Assembly (NCBI RefSeq): GCF_014280195.1
Contig: NZ_CP047960.1
Span: 390,001 to 422,000 of the forward strand
Direction of reading: 5' to 3'
Length of the DNA: 32,000 nt
Source: Synechococcus sp. A15-24
GTDB taxonomy: Bacteria; Cyanobacteriota; Cyanobacteriia; PCC-6307; Cyanobiaceae
Positions 1-9,369 of this stretch are shown piece by piece. The notes beneath the pieces were generated by a model. It was not told the DNA's origin and did not search any database. It saw only the letters and a program-made list of their open reading frames with translations. The first letter of the stretch is position 1. Each line of letters opens with the position of its first letter. The position numbers and the translations under genes were made by a program.

Positions 1-384
1 ATCGAACGCTCCCCTGAGGAGTGGAAGCAGACGCTTTCTCCGGAGCAGTTTCAGGTGGCCCGCTGCGGTGGCACCGAACGGGCCTTTACAGGGGCTTACT
101 GGAACAAGAAAGACAGCGGCACGTACCACTGCGTCTGCTGCGACGCACCGCTGTTCAGCTCGCAGACCAAGTTTGAGTCGGGCACCGGCTGGCCCAGCTT
201 CTGGGATGGGGTTTCCTCGGAGGCCATCACCACCAAGCAGGACCTGAGCCACGGCATGGTGCGCGTGGAGATCAACTGCGCCCGCTGCGATGCCCACCTC
301 GGGCATGTCTTTCCCGATGGGCCCGCTCCCACCGGTCAGCGTTACTGCGTCAACAGTGCCTCGCTGGATTTCAAGGCCAGTTGA
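1..384 (+). CDS. msrB: peptide-methionine (R)-S-oxide reductase MsrB, 5' end off-window
   Basis: Frame 1 is open from base 1 ([19 protein letters not shown]...) and runs into the listed 55..384 ORF. SelR/MsrB hallmarks are present: CVCC and CARC cysteine pairs, GTGWPSF, RYCVNS. Confidence 0.9.
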   Translation: MERSPEEWKQTLSPEQFQVARCGGTERAFTGAYWNKKDSGTYHCVCCDAPLFSSQTKFESGTGWPSFWDGVSSEAITTKQDLSHGMVRVEINCARCDAHLGHVFPDGPAPTGQRYCVNSASLDFKAS

Positions 385-387
385 ACC

Positions 388-693
388 TCAGGGCTGCCAG
401 TGCAGCTGCCCGGTGCCGCCGTTGCAGTAGTTGGTGGCCTTGTTGCGTTCACTGACGCGCACGTCCTGACGGATCTGGCCATCGCTGAGACGATGGCCAC
501 TGAGGACCTGGCGGTAGCGCTGTTCCACGCAGCGTTCCAACCCATCGGGCTTGGCAAAGCTGTAAGCAATCAGGCTGAGCAGAATCAAAACTCCGCCGCG
601 GTACAGCCAGGTCCAGGGCTTGTGCCCTGTTGGCGTGGGGGCAGGGACCGCACGCAGACGCCGCTCAGGTCGTCGGACTGGCGGAGACGTCAC
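388..693 (-). CDS. hypothetical small membrane-anchored protein
   Basis: 101-aa ORF with one hydrophobic helix (WLYRGGVLILLSLIAYSF). It fills the gap between msrB and the PRC-barrel gene on the same strand as the downstream operon. No family recognised. Confidence 0.4.
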   Translation of the reverse strand: MTSPPVRRPERRLRAVPAPTPTGHKPWTWLYRGGVLILLSLIAYSFAKPDGLERCVEQRYRQVLSGHRLSDGQIRQDVRVSERNKATNYCNGGTGQLHWQP

Positions 694-730
694 GCAGGTG
701 TTGGGTGATCACCCGCGAATTACACCGTCC

Positions 731-1738
731 TCACCAGGGGTCGTCGAGGTCGTCGTCAGCAGCTGTCGGCCGGCTGCGGCGCTGCGGTTGTTCGCGATCC
801 ATCTGTTCCCTTGCCATGGGTTCACCATCCATGGGTTCAACATCCATGGGTTCAACATCCATGGGTTCACGCTCGGGTGGCATGACGCGGCGCGACACCG
901 GCATCGAGCGGCGCGGCAGCGGATACGGATCCTCAGGCTCCTGATCGAGATAAAGGCGCTGAGGCATCTCGTCGCGGCGCCGCTCCTCCAGCTCCACGTA
1001 TTCCATGTCCTCCTCCGGCTCGAAGCGGGCGGTCTCGGCAGCGGTCAGCCGCCGTTGTTCCTCCTCCACCGGCTGGCCGGAGCTCAACTGGTTCTCCACC
1101 GGCACCAAATTGACGCGATAGCGCTCCCGCTCCTGCTCCTCCCAGCTCGGTCCACCGACCCCAAGCTTCTCCAGAACGCCGCTGTTGAGCTGCTTGAGTT
1201 TGTCTTCGGCGCCCTCGTAAACAATGATCCGATCCGGGCCGCTGCTGACGATCTCCTCCACCGGCATTTCCCAGGTGCTGAGAACGCCTTCCCCCAGCAG
1301 GGGCACCCCCAGGGCACCCATCACCAGGGTGGTGAGTTCACCGGTTTCAATATCGAAGGCGAAACCGAGCACCCGGCCGAGCTGCCGGCCGGATTCGGTG
1401 ATTACCTGGCAATTGATCACTCGGCTGTAGCGCTCAGGATTGAAGCCGTCGCTCAGGGAATCGGCCGAATCCACCAGGATCACATCCCCCACCTGACGGA
1501 TGCGGTCCAGCGGCATCCAGCGGGGTAGACCCGGAAGAAAGCGGGTCAAGCGGTTGTCACGCAGTCCGACGGCCACTACTTCGCGGCGGTCGATGTCGAC
1601 GATTACCTCGCCGACGACCCCCAGTCGCCGGCCTGTGTCGCGGGTGATCACCTGCGTTCCCATCAGCTCCGAGCGCAACCACAGGCGGTCGCTGGGCACC
1701 CCGGTCTGGGCGTCGTTCGCGGGAGGGGTCAGACTCAT
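731..1738 (-). CDS. PRC-barrel domain protein with acidic repeat tail
   Basis: Two PRC-barrel-like segments (GTQVITRDTGRRLGVVGEVIVD..., CQVITESGRQLGRVLGFAFD...). ATG start. The C-terminus carries EPMDV pentapeptide repeats. Confidence 0.8.
   Translation of the reverse strand: MSLTPPANDAQTGVPSDRLWLRSELMGTQVITRDTGRRLGVVGEVIVDIDRREVVAVGLRDNRLTRFLPGLPRWMPLDRIRQVGDVILVDSADSLSDGFNPERYSRVINCQVITESGRQLGRVLGFAFDIETGELTTLVMGALGVPLLGEGVLSTWEMPVEEIVSSGPDRIIVYEGAEDKLKQLNSGVLEKLGVGGPSWEEQERERYRVNLVPVENQLSSGQPVEEEQRRLTAAETARFEPEEDMEYVELEERRRDEMPQRLYLDQEPEDPYPLPRRSMPVSRRVMPPEREPMDVEPMDVEPMDGEPMAREQMDREQPQRRSRPTAADDDLDDPW
814..870 (-). repeat. 15-bp tandem repeat (about 3.8 units, CCATGGGTTCAACAT-type) encoding (EPMDV)n
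   Basis: Direct reading gives units at 814-828, 829-843 and 844-858 plus a partial fourth. The repeat is in frame inside the PRC-barrel CDS. Confidence 0.85.
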
Positions 1739-1774
1739 CGCGTCATTGTGACGTAGGGCTTCTGCTCTGCCAGT

Positions 1775-4700
1775 TCAGGCGGCATCGGGAAGTCCGACCA
1801 CCTGGGTGTGTGCGCCGCGGGCCTGGGTCACTCCGATGGTCCGTTCCGCCGCCGCAATCATCGGTCGACGGTGGCTCACCACCATGAACTGGGCCTGTTC
1901 GGCCTGGGTGGCGATCAGAGCGGCCAGGCGCTCCACATTCACGCCATCAAGAAAGCTGTCCACCTCATCTAGGGCATAGAAGGGGGAGGGGCGGAAACGC
2001 TGCAGCGCAAATAGAAAGCTGAGGGCGGTGAGAGATTTCTCTCCTCCAGACATCGCCGCCAGCCGACGCACCGCTTTCCCCTTGGGATGGGCCACCAGGG
2101 TCAGGCCTCCCTCGAGGGGGTCGTCGGGATTCTCCAGTTGCAGGTGGCCGTCGCCATCGGAAAGGGAGGCAAAAATCTCCCTGAAATGGCCGTCCACGGC
2201 GGTGAAGGCCTCCATGAAGGCCTCCTGGCGCAGGGTGGCGACGGTTTCGATCCGCAGCAGCAGCTCTTCCCGTTCGCTGTTGAGCACCTCCAGCCGTTCG
2301 TTGAGTTCGGCCAGCCGTTGCTCGAGGGCCTCCAGTTCCTCCAGCGCCAGCATGTTCACCGGCTCCAGCGCTTCCATGCGTTGCTGAATCGCCTGCAGGT
2401 CGGCCTGCAGGGCTTCCAGCCCTGCAAGTCGTAGCTCCTCGGGAATTTCAGGGCGGGGATCCGGCAGGGCCTGCTCCATCTCCTGCAGCCTTACGGCGCC
2501 ACTGCGCTGCTCTTCGATCAGTCCCTCGAGTTCCTCCCGCAGCCGCTCCAGGTTCCATTCGGCCTGCTGCAACGCCTGCCGTTGGCTGCCCACCTCCGCC
2601 TCAGCGGCATCCCTGGCACGGCGCTGCTCGCCGAACCGTTCTTGCAGATCGGACTGTTGTTGCTGCAGGGAACTGCGCTGTTGTTGCAGCTGTTGCTGTT
2701 GCTCGCGCCAACTGGTGTGGGTTGCGGCCAGGGCCTGAACAGCCTCTTGCAGCCGGCGCTCCTCCTCCTCAAGGGTCTGGCGCTGATCCCCCAGACGTTC
2801 GATCGCCAGCTGCCGTTCGCGTTGGGATTGCAGCAGCGCGTCCCGTTCCTTGCGGGCGCTGTCCAGGCGGCCATCAGCCGCCTCCAGATCCTGCTGCAGT
2901 TGCTGCCAGGCGCCGGCATCGTCATGGCCGTCGCTGTTGCGTTCTGCGGCTTCCAGCTGGTGCAGTTCCTCCTGCAGTGGCGACAGCTGCCGTCCGATCA
3001 CCGCCAGCCGTTGCTGCTGACCGCTCTGCTCCTGCGACAGCCGGCTCAGGCGTTCAGCCCGCTGCCGGCTGCGTTCCAGCAGGGGGCCATGGTTGCGGCG
3101 GGCGGCATTGCGTTCGGCCACCAGGGCGGCCTGGCGTTGTTCCAGCTCCCGCAGTTGCGGTTTATGCTGCTCCAGGGTCTGGGCCAGCTTTGATTCCTCA
3201 CGGCGGCAGGCGGCCAGGGTTTCCCCCAGTTCCAGCAGGCGCCTCCGCAGCGGTTCTGCTTCGTCTTGATCGCTGCTGCGGCCAAAACTCAGTCCACCGC
3301 TGCGTGTGGACAGGCTGCCGCCGGTCATGGCGCCGCTTTTCTCCAGCAGCTCACCATCGATGGTGACGGCGCGGCTGCGGCCGAGTTGCTGACGGGCACT
3401 GCTGAGATCGCTGAACACCACCGTGTCGCCGAAGACGTAGGCAAACACCTGGTCGTAGACGGGTTCAAACCGCACCAGGTCCACGGCGCGGCCCACCAGG
3501 CCATTGCTGTTGTCGCCTTCGCCGGCGCGGGGCCCCCGGGCGAAGGCGGCACCGCTGTTGCCACCGCCTGGGGCGCGGATTTTGTTAAGGGGCAGGAAGG
3601 TGAGCCGGCCGGCACGGCTGCTTTTGAGTAACGCGATGGCCTGGGCGGCGATGCGGTCGTCATCGACCACCACCTGGCCGAGACGAGCACCGGCGGCCAC
3701 TTCCAGGGCGAGTCGGTGACGGTCATCGACTTCCCCCAATTGCGCCACCGGGCCATGAATGCCGTCAAGACCGGCCTCCAGCAGCAGGCGCAGGGCGCCA
3801 GTGCCGCGGCTCTCTTGAAGTGCGTCGCGGCGGCTCTCCAACCGAGCGATCTCCCGTTCCAGCCGGGTCTGCTCCTGCTCCAGTCGCGATCGGGTGCGCT
3901 GTTGGATCGCCAGGGAGTCTGCGGTCTGCTGCAGCGCCTGTTTCCCGGACGAGAGACTCTGCAGCAGGGTCTGCCAGTCCTGCTCCAGCTGCTCCAGTCG
4001 CTGCTGCACCGCCTGCTCGTCGTTGCCGTCCAGCTGTTGCTCCTGCTGCAGTTCCGTCAGCCGTTCCGCGTCCTGCCGCAGCCGCTCCTGCAGTTGCTGC
4101 TGTTCCTCCAGCAGCGGTGCCAGGGCGACCTGCAGCTCCTGGCGACGGCCGCTTCGTCGTTTCTGCTCCTCAAGCCAGGCACCGGAGCGGCCGGCTACAT
4201 CACCGAGGCGCCGCCTGGACACCTCCACCGCTGCTTCCGCCCCCCGACAGGTGGCCTCGGCAGCAGCCAGAGCGTCCTGATCGGGATCTTGCTCAAGCTC
4301 GCGTGACTGGTGCAGCCAGTCCTGGCGGCGGTTGGCCAGGTCATGGCGCAACCCTTGCAGCCGCTGTCCTTCCTCCTGATGGCGGCCAGCCTGCCGTTCC
4401 AGTTCCCGGGCGCTGGTCTCCAGACCTTTCAGCTCGGCCTGAACAGCCAACAGCTGATCTTCCCCCAGGGCTTTCACCTGCTCCTGCAGGGTTTGCAGTT
4501 CGGCGCTGGCCTTGCTGAGACTTTCCTTGCCGCTGGCGATTGCCGCAGCATCCCGTTGCTCCTGTTCTTCGAGGGCCTGCTGACGGCTGGCCAGATCCTT
4601 GAGCGCTTGGCCTGCCGCTTCGAAGGCCAGCACCATCTCCTGACGGCGGCCCAACTGAAGCCGTTCCCGCAGTTGCTGGTACTGCCTGGCCTTGGCGCAG

Positions 4701-5386
4701 TCTTTTTCCAGGCGCTGGCGACTGGCCAGCAGTTCCTGTTCGATGATCCGGCAGCGGTCCTGCCGCTCCTGCACGTCGTCGAGCTTGCGGCGGGTCTGCT
4801 CGATGCGGCTGTCGAACAGGGCAACACCGGCCAGTTCGTCGATGAGGCCGCGGCGGTCGCGGTTGCTCATCGAGACGATGCGGGTCACATCGCCCTGCAT
4901 CACCACATTGCTGCCTTCGGGGTCGATGCGTAGCCGCCTCAACTGGGTCTGCAGCTGCTGCAAGTTGCAGGCCACCCCATCGGCGCTGTAGCTGGAGCTG
5001 TACGAGCCCCCAGGCATCACCCGCAGCTTGCGGCTGACTGTCCATTCGGTTTGCCCCTGTTTGATCCAGGGACCCTCCTCCGGCGCCTCGAGACCGTCTT
5101 CAGCGGCATCCGGCTGCCAGTCGCTGAGGTCGAAGCGGACGCTCACCGTCGTCTCGGCGGCCTTGCCCGCCTTGAGCACGGCGCTGTTGATCAGATCCGG
5201 CAGACGATCTGCGCGCATCCCCCGGCTGGTGGCCAGGCCGAGGCAGAACAGGACGCCATCAAGAATGTTGCTCTTGCCCGAGCCATTCGGTCCCGTCACC
5301 ACGGTGAACCCCTGCTCGAGGGGGATCGTCATCGCCCCACCGAACGACTTGAACTGCGTCAGCCCGACCTGATTGATGTGAACCAA
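1775..5386 (-). CDS. smc: chromosome segregation protein SMC
   Basis: 1203 aa. N-terminal FKSF...GPNGSGKSN Walker A, long Q/E/L/R-rich coiled coils and a central hinge. C-terminal LSGGEKSLTALSFLFAL signature and FYALDEVD Walker B. Confidence 0.95.
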   Translation of the reverse strand: MVHINQVGLTQFKSFGGAMTIPLEQGFTVVTGPNGSGKSNILDGVLFCLGLATSRGMRADRLPDLINSAVLKAGKAAETTVSVRFDLSDWQPDAAEDGLEAPEEGPWIKQGQTEWTVSRKLRVMPGGSYSSSYSADGVACNLQQLQTQLRRLRIDPEGSNVVMQGDVTRIVSMSNRDRRGLIDELAGVALFDSRIEQTRRKLDDVQERQDRCRIIEQELLASRQRLEKDCAKARQYQQLRERLQLGRRQEMVLAFEAAGQALKDLASRQQALEEQEQRDAAAIASGKESLSKASAELQTLQEQVKALGEDQLLAVQAELKGLETSARELERQAGRHQEEGQRLQGLRHDLANRRQDWLHQSRELEQDPDQDALAAAEATCRGAEAAVEVSRRRLGDVAGRSGAWLEEQKRRSGRRQELQVALAPLLEEQQQLQERLRQDAERLTELQQEQQLDGNDEQAVQQRLEQLEQDWQTLLQSLSSGKQALQQTADSLAIQQRTRSRLEQEQTRLEREIARLESRRDALQESRGTGALRLLLEAGLDGIHGPVAQLGEVDDRHRLALEVAAGARLGQVVVDDDRIAAQAIALLKSSRAGRLTFLPLNKIRAPGGGNSGAAFARGPRAGEGDNSNGLVGRAVDLVRFEPVYDQVFAYVFGDTVVFSDLSSARQQLGRSRAVTIDGELLEKSGAMTGGSLSTRSGGLSFGRSSDQDEAEPLRRRLLELGETLAACRREESKLAQTLEQHKPQLRELEQRQAALVAERNAARRNHGPLLERSRQRAERLSRLSQEQSGQQQRLAVIGRQLSPLQEELHQLEAAERNSDGHDDAGAWQQLQQDLEAADGRLDSARKERDALLQSQRERQLAIERLGDQRQTLEEEERRLQEAVQALAATHTSWREQQQQLQQQRSSLQQQQSDLQERFGEQRRARDAAEAEVGSQRQALQQAEWNLERLREELEGLIEEQRSGAVRLQEMEQALPDPRPEIPEELRLAGLEALQADLQAIQQRMEALEPVNMLALEELEALEQRLAELNERLEVLNSEREELLLRIETVATLRQEAFMEAFTAVDGHFREIFASLSDGDGHLQLENPDDPLEGGLTLVAHPKGKAVRRLAAMSGGEKSLTALSFLFALQRFRPSPFYALDEVDSFLDGVNVERLAALIATQAEQAQFMVVSHRRPMIAAAERTIGVTQARGAHTQVVGLPDAA

Positions 5387-5436
5387 CAGGAACGGGGGCT
5401 GTCAGCGAGCTGAAAGTAGCGGAGCTGACGAAAAGC

Positions 5437-5793
5437 TCAAGGGTTTGACAAACGGCAGCGGCCTTTGTTGATTTGCAGGCGTCCTTCAAGATCTCCGCTC
5501 AAAATCACGTTCACGGCTGCGGTCACGTCGTCTGGGAGAACTCCGCTGTACTGGCCTGAACAGATTCGCTCAGCCCATCCGCGGTTTCCCGAGACCGCGG
5601 CACTGCGGGGCTCCAGCCAGAGCAATCGATGGGGTGGCAGAGGGACAGCCTCCTGAGATGCGCCACCTGCATGGGGCAGTTGTGGTATTCGCCAAGTTCG
5701 GCAATTCTCAGCATCTTCCAGAAGAAGATCGATGTGGGTCCCTAGAGGATCATTCGGTGCGTCTGTATGAAGCAACAGGGAGTAGCGCGGCAT
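5437..5793 (-). CDS. conserved hypothetical protein, weakly LigD 3'-phosphoesterase(LigD_N)-like
   Basis: 118-aa ORF directly upstream of smc. The pattern H-x-DLLLED...TWRIP...HRLLWLE...G-x-Y resembles the HyDLRLE / HR..YL.eG motifs of LigD_N as I recall them. Not verified. Confidence 0.5.
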   Translation of the reverse strand: MPRYSLLLHTDAPNDPLGTHIDLLLEDAENCRTWRIPQLPHAGGASQEAVPLPPHRLLWLEPRSAAVSGNRGWAERICSGQYSGVLPDDVTAAVNVILSGDLEGRLQINKGRCRLSNP

Positions 5794-5795
5794 AG

Positions 5796-6935
5796 TCAGG
5801 CCAGGGCCAAGGTTGTGTGCACCAAGGTGTAGTACCGATCACCCAAGACGGATTCACTCTCCGAAAGAACAAGTTGCCACTGGTTGGGGCCTATCGCCAC
5901 TCCGGTGGGGTCGAGGTAGCTCTTTCCCGCGGGAGCAAGGTTATTGGTTTGCACGTTCCAGGAAAGTCCATCGCTCGAGGTGCCGACATATGCCCTGGGA
6001 TCGACTGGGGATCGTTTCAGGTGAGGATGACATGACAGCCAACCAGTCACCGGCTTCGGCCTTGAGCACTTCGAAATCCACGTAGCCGCCGGTTGTTCTG
6101 CTGCCGCTATCACGCAGGAACGATGTTCCAGAGGCGTCCGTGGACGTGGCGCTGACGATGATTTCATCGGCCTGCACAGCCTGGTTGGGGTCTTCCACCC
6201 AGTAAAGACGGACGCGTCCATCCGGAAGACGGACGGCGTCCGGCACTCCCCAGGCCAAGGCGCCTTGATCAGAAAACCCGGTTGCGACGCGATTGCTCAG
6301 ACTGAGGCCATCGTCACTGATGTCAGCACTGAAAATTTCCTTAAAATTCGTCTGGGGATTGAGTTCTACGTAGAAGGCCCGGCGTTCTCCGGCAGCGTTG
6401 GTGATTACTGTGAAGTCAGCAGCGCGGTCCATGCTTCCCCGGGGATGAGGGTGAAATTGTCGCTGAGATCGGCAACGGTGAGACTGCCATCGGCGGCATA
6501 GGACAGGCGATACCCAGTGGAGGTTTGTTCCAGGTGGGGGCTCACACCTGCTGCCCCGAGGGACTGGAGACGTCCGAGGCTCCAACTGGGCTCGGATAGT
6601 TCATCAACCTCCAGCTTTTGTGTCTTGGGCTTGAGTTTCAGATGCTGCGATTTTTTCTGGCTGTTGAGTTTGAAGTTGAAGGCCTGACTGTCTGGTGCGA
6701 GGTCATGCCGAATTCCCCTGCGTGTGAAGTTGGCTTCTTCGCCATTGCTGTCAATCAGGTTGGTCTGGATGGATGTCTTTCCCCTTGATTAAAATGGCGA
6801 TTGATTGAGTTTCAGGTTGAAGCGATTTTTTATGATGTTGTCTGCCTTTGCGATGATTGTTCCATTGCTATCTTGTAATTCTATTGTTAAGCCTTGACAC
6901 CTTCTGAAGCCTTTGATAGTAGCTTTGATTCTCAT
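5796..6935 (-). pseudogene. decayed gene for a repeat/beta-propeller-like secreted protein (Asp-box-like SSDGLSW)
   Basis: Protein-like translation switches frame. Frame A covers 6935 to about 6435 and has an in-frame TAA at 6791-6789. Frame B covers about 6435 to about 6030 (ADFTVITNAAGERRAFYVEL...GDWLAV). It then returns to frame A from about 6030 to 5796 (DPRAYVGTSSDGLSWNVQ...). The 5' third is AT-rich. Confidence 0.5.
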
Positions 6936-7020
6936 GGTGTTTTGAGAAACGTTCGCTGAATAATTATAAGCAAAATCAAAATAAAGTGATTACTATCAGA
7001 TCATCTCCATTAATCGTCGC

Positions 7021-7443
7021 ATGATCGGTGAATCGCCACAATCCAATGGTCGATTTGAGCTCCACTTTCGAGAGCGCTTTGAGAGCCTGCTTCCAACGAT
7101 TCGTGAGCGCTGGCCTGACCTTGCTGAACATACCCTCGAAGCAACTCGAGGAAGCATGGATGAGGTGGTGCGATTGATCGAGCAGAACACTGGACTGACC
7201 CCCCAGGGGGTGCGGGAGCAGCTGGAGGAGCTGATGCACTCAGCGGGAGAAGGCGGACGTCATCTGGCCGACAGTCTTGATCCGCTGGAACAGCAGTTGG
7301 AGCAGTTGCTGGATGAGCTGAACACAACTCTGCGGCCTCGGATTGAACAGCCTGTGCGGCAGCGGCCACTGCTGGCTGTGGGCGTAGCCCTTGGGGTGGG
7401 TGTGTTGATCGGCTCGCTGCTCAGTGGTGGACGGCGTTCCTGA
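7021..7443 (+). CDS. DUF883 / ElaB-YqjD-like membrane-anchored protein
   Basis: Helical N-terminal part and a C-terminal anchor, PLLAVGVALGVGVLIGSLLSGGRRS, matching the YqjD/ElaB tail pattern (PW.gvGiaAaiGvvlG.LlsRR). Confidence 0.7.
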   Translation: MIGESPQSNGRFELHFRERFESLLPTIRERWPDLAEHTLEATRGSMDEVVRLIEQNTGLTPQGVREQLEELMHSAGEGGRHLADSLDPLEQQLEQLLDELNTTLRPRIEQPVRQRPLLAVGVALGVGVLIGSLLSGGRRS

Positions 7444-7832
7444 TGACTGATTCTCAACAACGATCGCGAGGATTCGGAGCCGCTGCACGGGTGACGGCCT
7501 TAGCGGCCTCTGTGATGGATCTGCACGTGCGGATGGCGCTGCAGGAGGTGGATCGGGAGAAGCGCCGGTTGATCAGTGGTGGTCTGTTCATGGCCATCGG
7601 TGGCACCTCGATGCTGTTGGCGCTGCTGGCCGGCGAGGTGGCTTTGGTGCTGTGGATTCAACAGACCTGGAGCCTGAGCCTGAGTCAGGCCTTGCTGGCT
7701 TTGGCCAGCGCCAATCTGGTGCTTGCGGGAATCAGCCTGCGCATCGGCGGTCAGGTGCTCAAAGCTCCGTTCCTGCCACAGACTCTTGAAGGTCTGAGCC
7801 GAACGATACGAGCCCTACTGGGTCGCGATTAA
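7443..7832 (+). CDS. YqjE-like (DUF1469 / putative holin-X family) membrane protein
   Basis: Its start overlaps the upstream stop (TGATG). Motif LQEVDREKRRL is followed by two TM helices. The gene order mirrors E. coli yqjD-yqjE. Confidence 0.65.
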   Translation: MTDSQQRSRGFGAAARVTALAASVMDLHVRMALQEVDREKRRLISGGLFMAIGGTSMLLALLAGEVALVLWIQQTWSLSLSQALLALASANLVLAGISLRIGGQVLKAPFLPQTLEGLSRTIRALLGRD

Positions 7833-7833
7833 C

Positions 7834-9045
7834 TCAACGGATCCCGTAGTTCAGCCAGCGGCAATCGATACCGCCATTGCTGACGGGGATCCTCCGGCTG
7901 GCCTTGAGCCGTAAAGCGCCGGTGAAGGAAGCGTTGCCGCTGAGCAACCACAGCTGCCAGCCTGATGCCTGGTCCCGCACGAAGGATCCAAGCGATCGGT
8001 AGAGCTGTTCGAGATCGTCGTCGGCACCGACGCGGTGGCCGTAAGGCGGGTTGCACACCAGCAGCCCTGGTCCTGGAGGGAGTGTCTGCTGCTCAAAGCT
8101 GCCGCAACGAATGGAGATCAGTCCTTCAAGCCCGGCGGCTTGGATGTTGTCGCGGGCATGATCAGCGATCAATGGATCCTGCTCGTATCCCACGACGGGA
8201 GCCAGATCAAGGTCGGAGCGACGGCGTTGCCGAGCCCGGGCGTGTTCGCGCTCCCAGAGCTCACGATCAAAGTCGGCCCAGCCTTCCAATCCGAACTGTC
8301 GACCGAGACCTGGAGCCTGTTGCAGGGCCATCGTGACGGCTTCGATCAACAGAACGCCGCTGCCACAAAAGGGGTCCACCAGCGGCATCCGGCCATCCCA
8401 GCCCGTGAGTTGAATCAGCCCAGCAGCCAGGTTCTCCTTCAACGGTGCGGCTCCCATGGCAGAGCGGTAGCCCCGCCGGTGCAGGCTGCCGCCACTGCCA
8501 TCGAGGCTCAGGACCGCACCACCGCGGTTCAGGTGGAGATGCAGAGCCAGGTCTGGATGGTCCAGGTCGACCGACGAGCGTTCTCCCCAGATCTCCCGTT
8601 GCAGATCCACCAGAGCGTTCTTCACCTGCAGCGCGGAGTAGTGGCTGTGGTTGAGCCCTGGAGCTGTACCCGTCACGTCAACACGGAAGCTCATTGAGGG
8701 ATGCAGCCACCGCTCCCAATTCAGGGCGTTGCGGATGCCGTCGTAGAGATCATTCCGGCCCTGACAGGGAAAGTCTGCCATCTCCCGCAGCAGACGGAAG
8801 GGCAGTCGAGCTTGCAGATGCAGCCGGTAGAGGCAGGGTATATCAGCCTGAAACGCGGCTGCTCGGCGCAGGGGCTGGACTCCATGGGCACCCAACGCAA
8901 CCAGTTCGTCGCAGCCCAGCGTTTCCAACCCTTGGGGCAGCACCGCAACGCCATTGAGACGGTTCCCTCGACCCAAGACCGTTGTGCTCCAGGTCACCAC
9001 TGCTGTCAGAATGACAGGGTCCGGTTTCCGGACTAGGTGATCCAC
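7834..9045 (-). CDS. THUMP-domain class I SAM-dependent RNA methyltransferase (COG0116/RlmL-like)
   Basis: Motif I is PFCGSGVLLIEA and motif IV is LLVCNPPYG. The N-terminal THUMP-like part starts at GLETLGCDELVALGA. The listed GTG start at 9045 abuts ssrA, so the true start is probably internal, for example GTG at 8943. Confidence 0.85.
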   Translation of the reverse strand: MDHLVRKPDPVILTAVVTWSTTVLGRGNRLNGVAVLPQGLETLGCDELVALGAHGVQPLRRAAAFQADIPCLYRLHLQARLPFRLLREMADFPCQGRNDLYDGIRNALNWERWLHPSMSFRVDVTGTAPGLNHSHYSALQVKNALVDLQREIWGERSSVDLDHPDLALHLHLNRGGAVLSLDGSGGSLHRRGYRSAMGAAPLKENLAAGLIQLTGWDGRMPLVDPFCGSGVLLIEAVTMALQQAPGLGRQFGLEGWADFDRELWEREHARARQRRRSDLDLAPVVGYEQDPLIADHARDNIQAAGLEGLISIRCGSFEQQTLPPGPGLLVCNPPYGHRVGADDDLEQLYRSLGSFVRDQASGWQLWLLSGNASFTGALRLKASRRIPVSNGGIDCRWLNYGIR

Positions 9046-9332
9046 ACCAGTGTTTCGGACAGCGGTTCGATTCCGCTCAGCTCCATTTCACCCTTATTCG
9101 AGGGGCTGCAATGGTTTCGACGGGGCATGAGGAGGGTGACTGAAGCCTGCTCGGTGAGAGCAAACCCGTAACTGCGAACAACATCGTTCGTTTCTCCCGT
9201 CAAGCAGCCCCTGTTGCTGCCTGACCCTTAGGGGAGATGGGGTGAAGTCAGCCTTATCACCAAAATGACTCATTGGCCCTGGAAGGGGCCTTCAACCTGT
9301 CCACCGCAAGCGATCTCGGCGAAACTGGTTTT
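9044..9332 (+). ncRNA. ssrA: tmRNA, circularly permuted (two-piece) gene
   Basis: The T-arm (AGCGG-TTCGATT-CCGCT, 9061-9077) and 3' acceptor strand (CAGCTCC-A, 9078-9085) lie UPSTREAM of the 5' strand GGGGCTG (9102-9108). They form a 7-bp acceptor stem with G3:U70. The tag ORF (GCG resume codon at 9174 to TGA at 9224) encodes ANNIVRFSRQAAPVAA. 9046-9057 pairs with 9319-9330, closing the two pieces. Confidence 0.85.
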
Positions 9333-9333
9333 A

Positions 9334-9369
9334 GGGATAAATCAGCTTCGGGATAAATCTCGGGATAAA
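9334..9369 (+). repeat. three direct GGGATAAA repeats at the ssrA/island junction
   Basis: GGGATAAA occurs at 9334-9341, 9350-9357 and 9362-9369, read directly. Confidence 0.6.

Noticed and set aside
814-870. CRISPR-like repeats (here and at 15476-15615)
   Set aside because: The units are directly tandem with no spacers, only 2-4 units are present, and no cas genes are seen. One of the repeats is in frame within a CDS.
400-5413. Many long plus-strand ORFs (for example 620..1528, 2582..3193, 3716..4306, 4310..4933) and off-frame minus ORFs overlapping the PRC-barrel gene and smc
   Set aside because: They are antisense or off-frame shadows of clearly recognisable genes in high-GC DNA. Their products are Arg/Ala/Pro/Leu-rich low-complexity sequences with no motifs.
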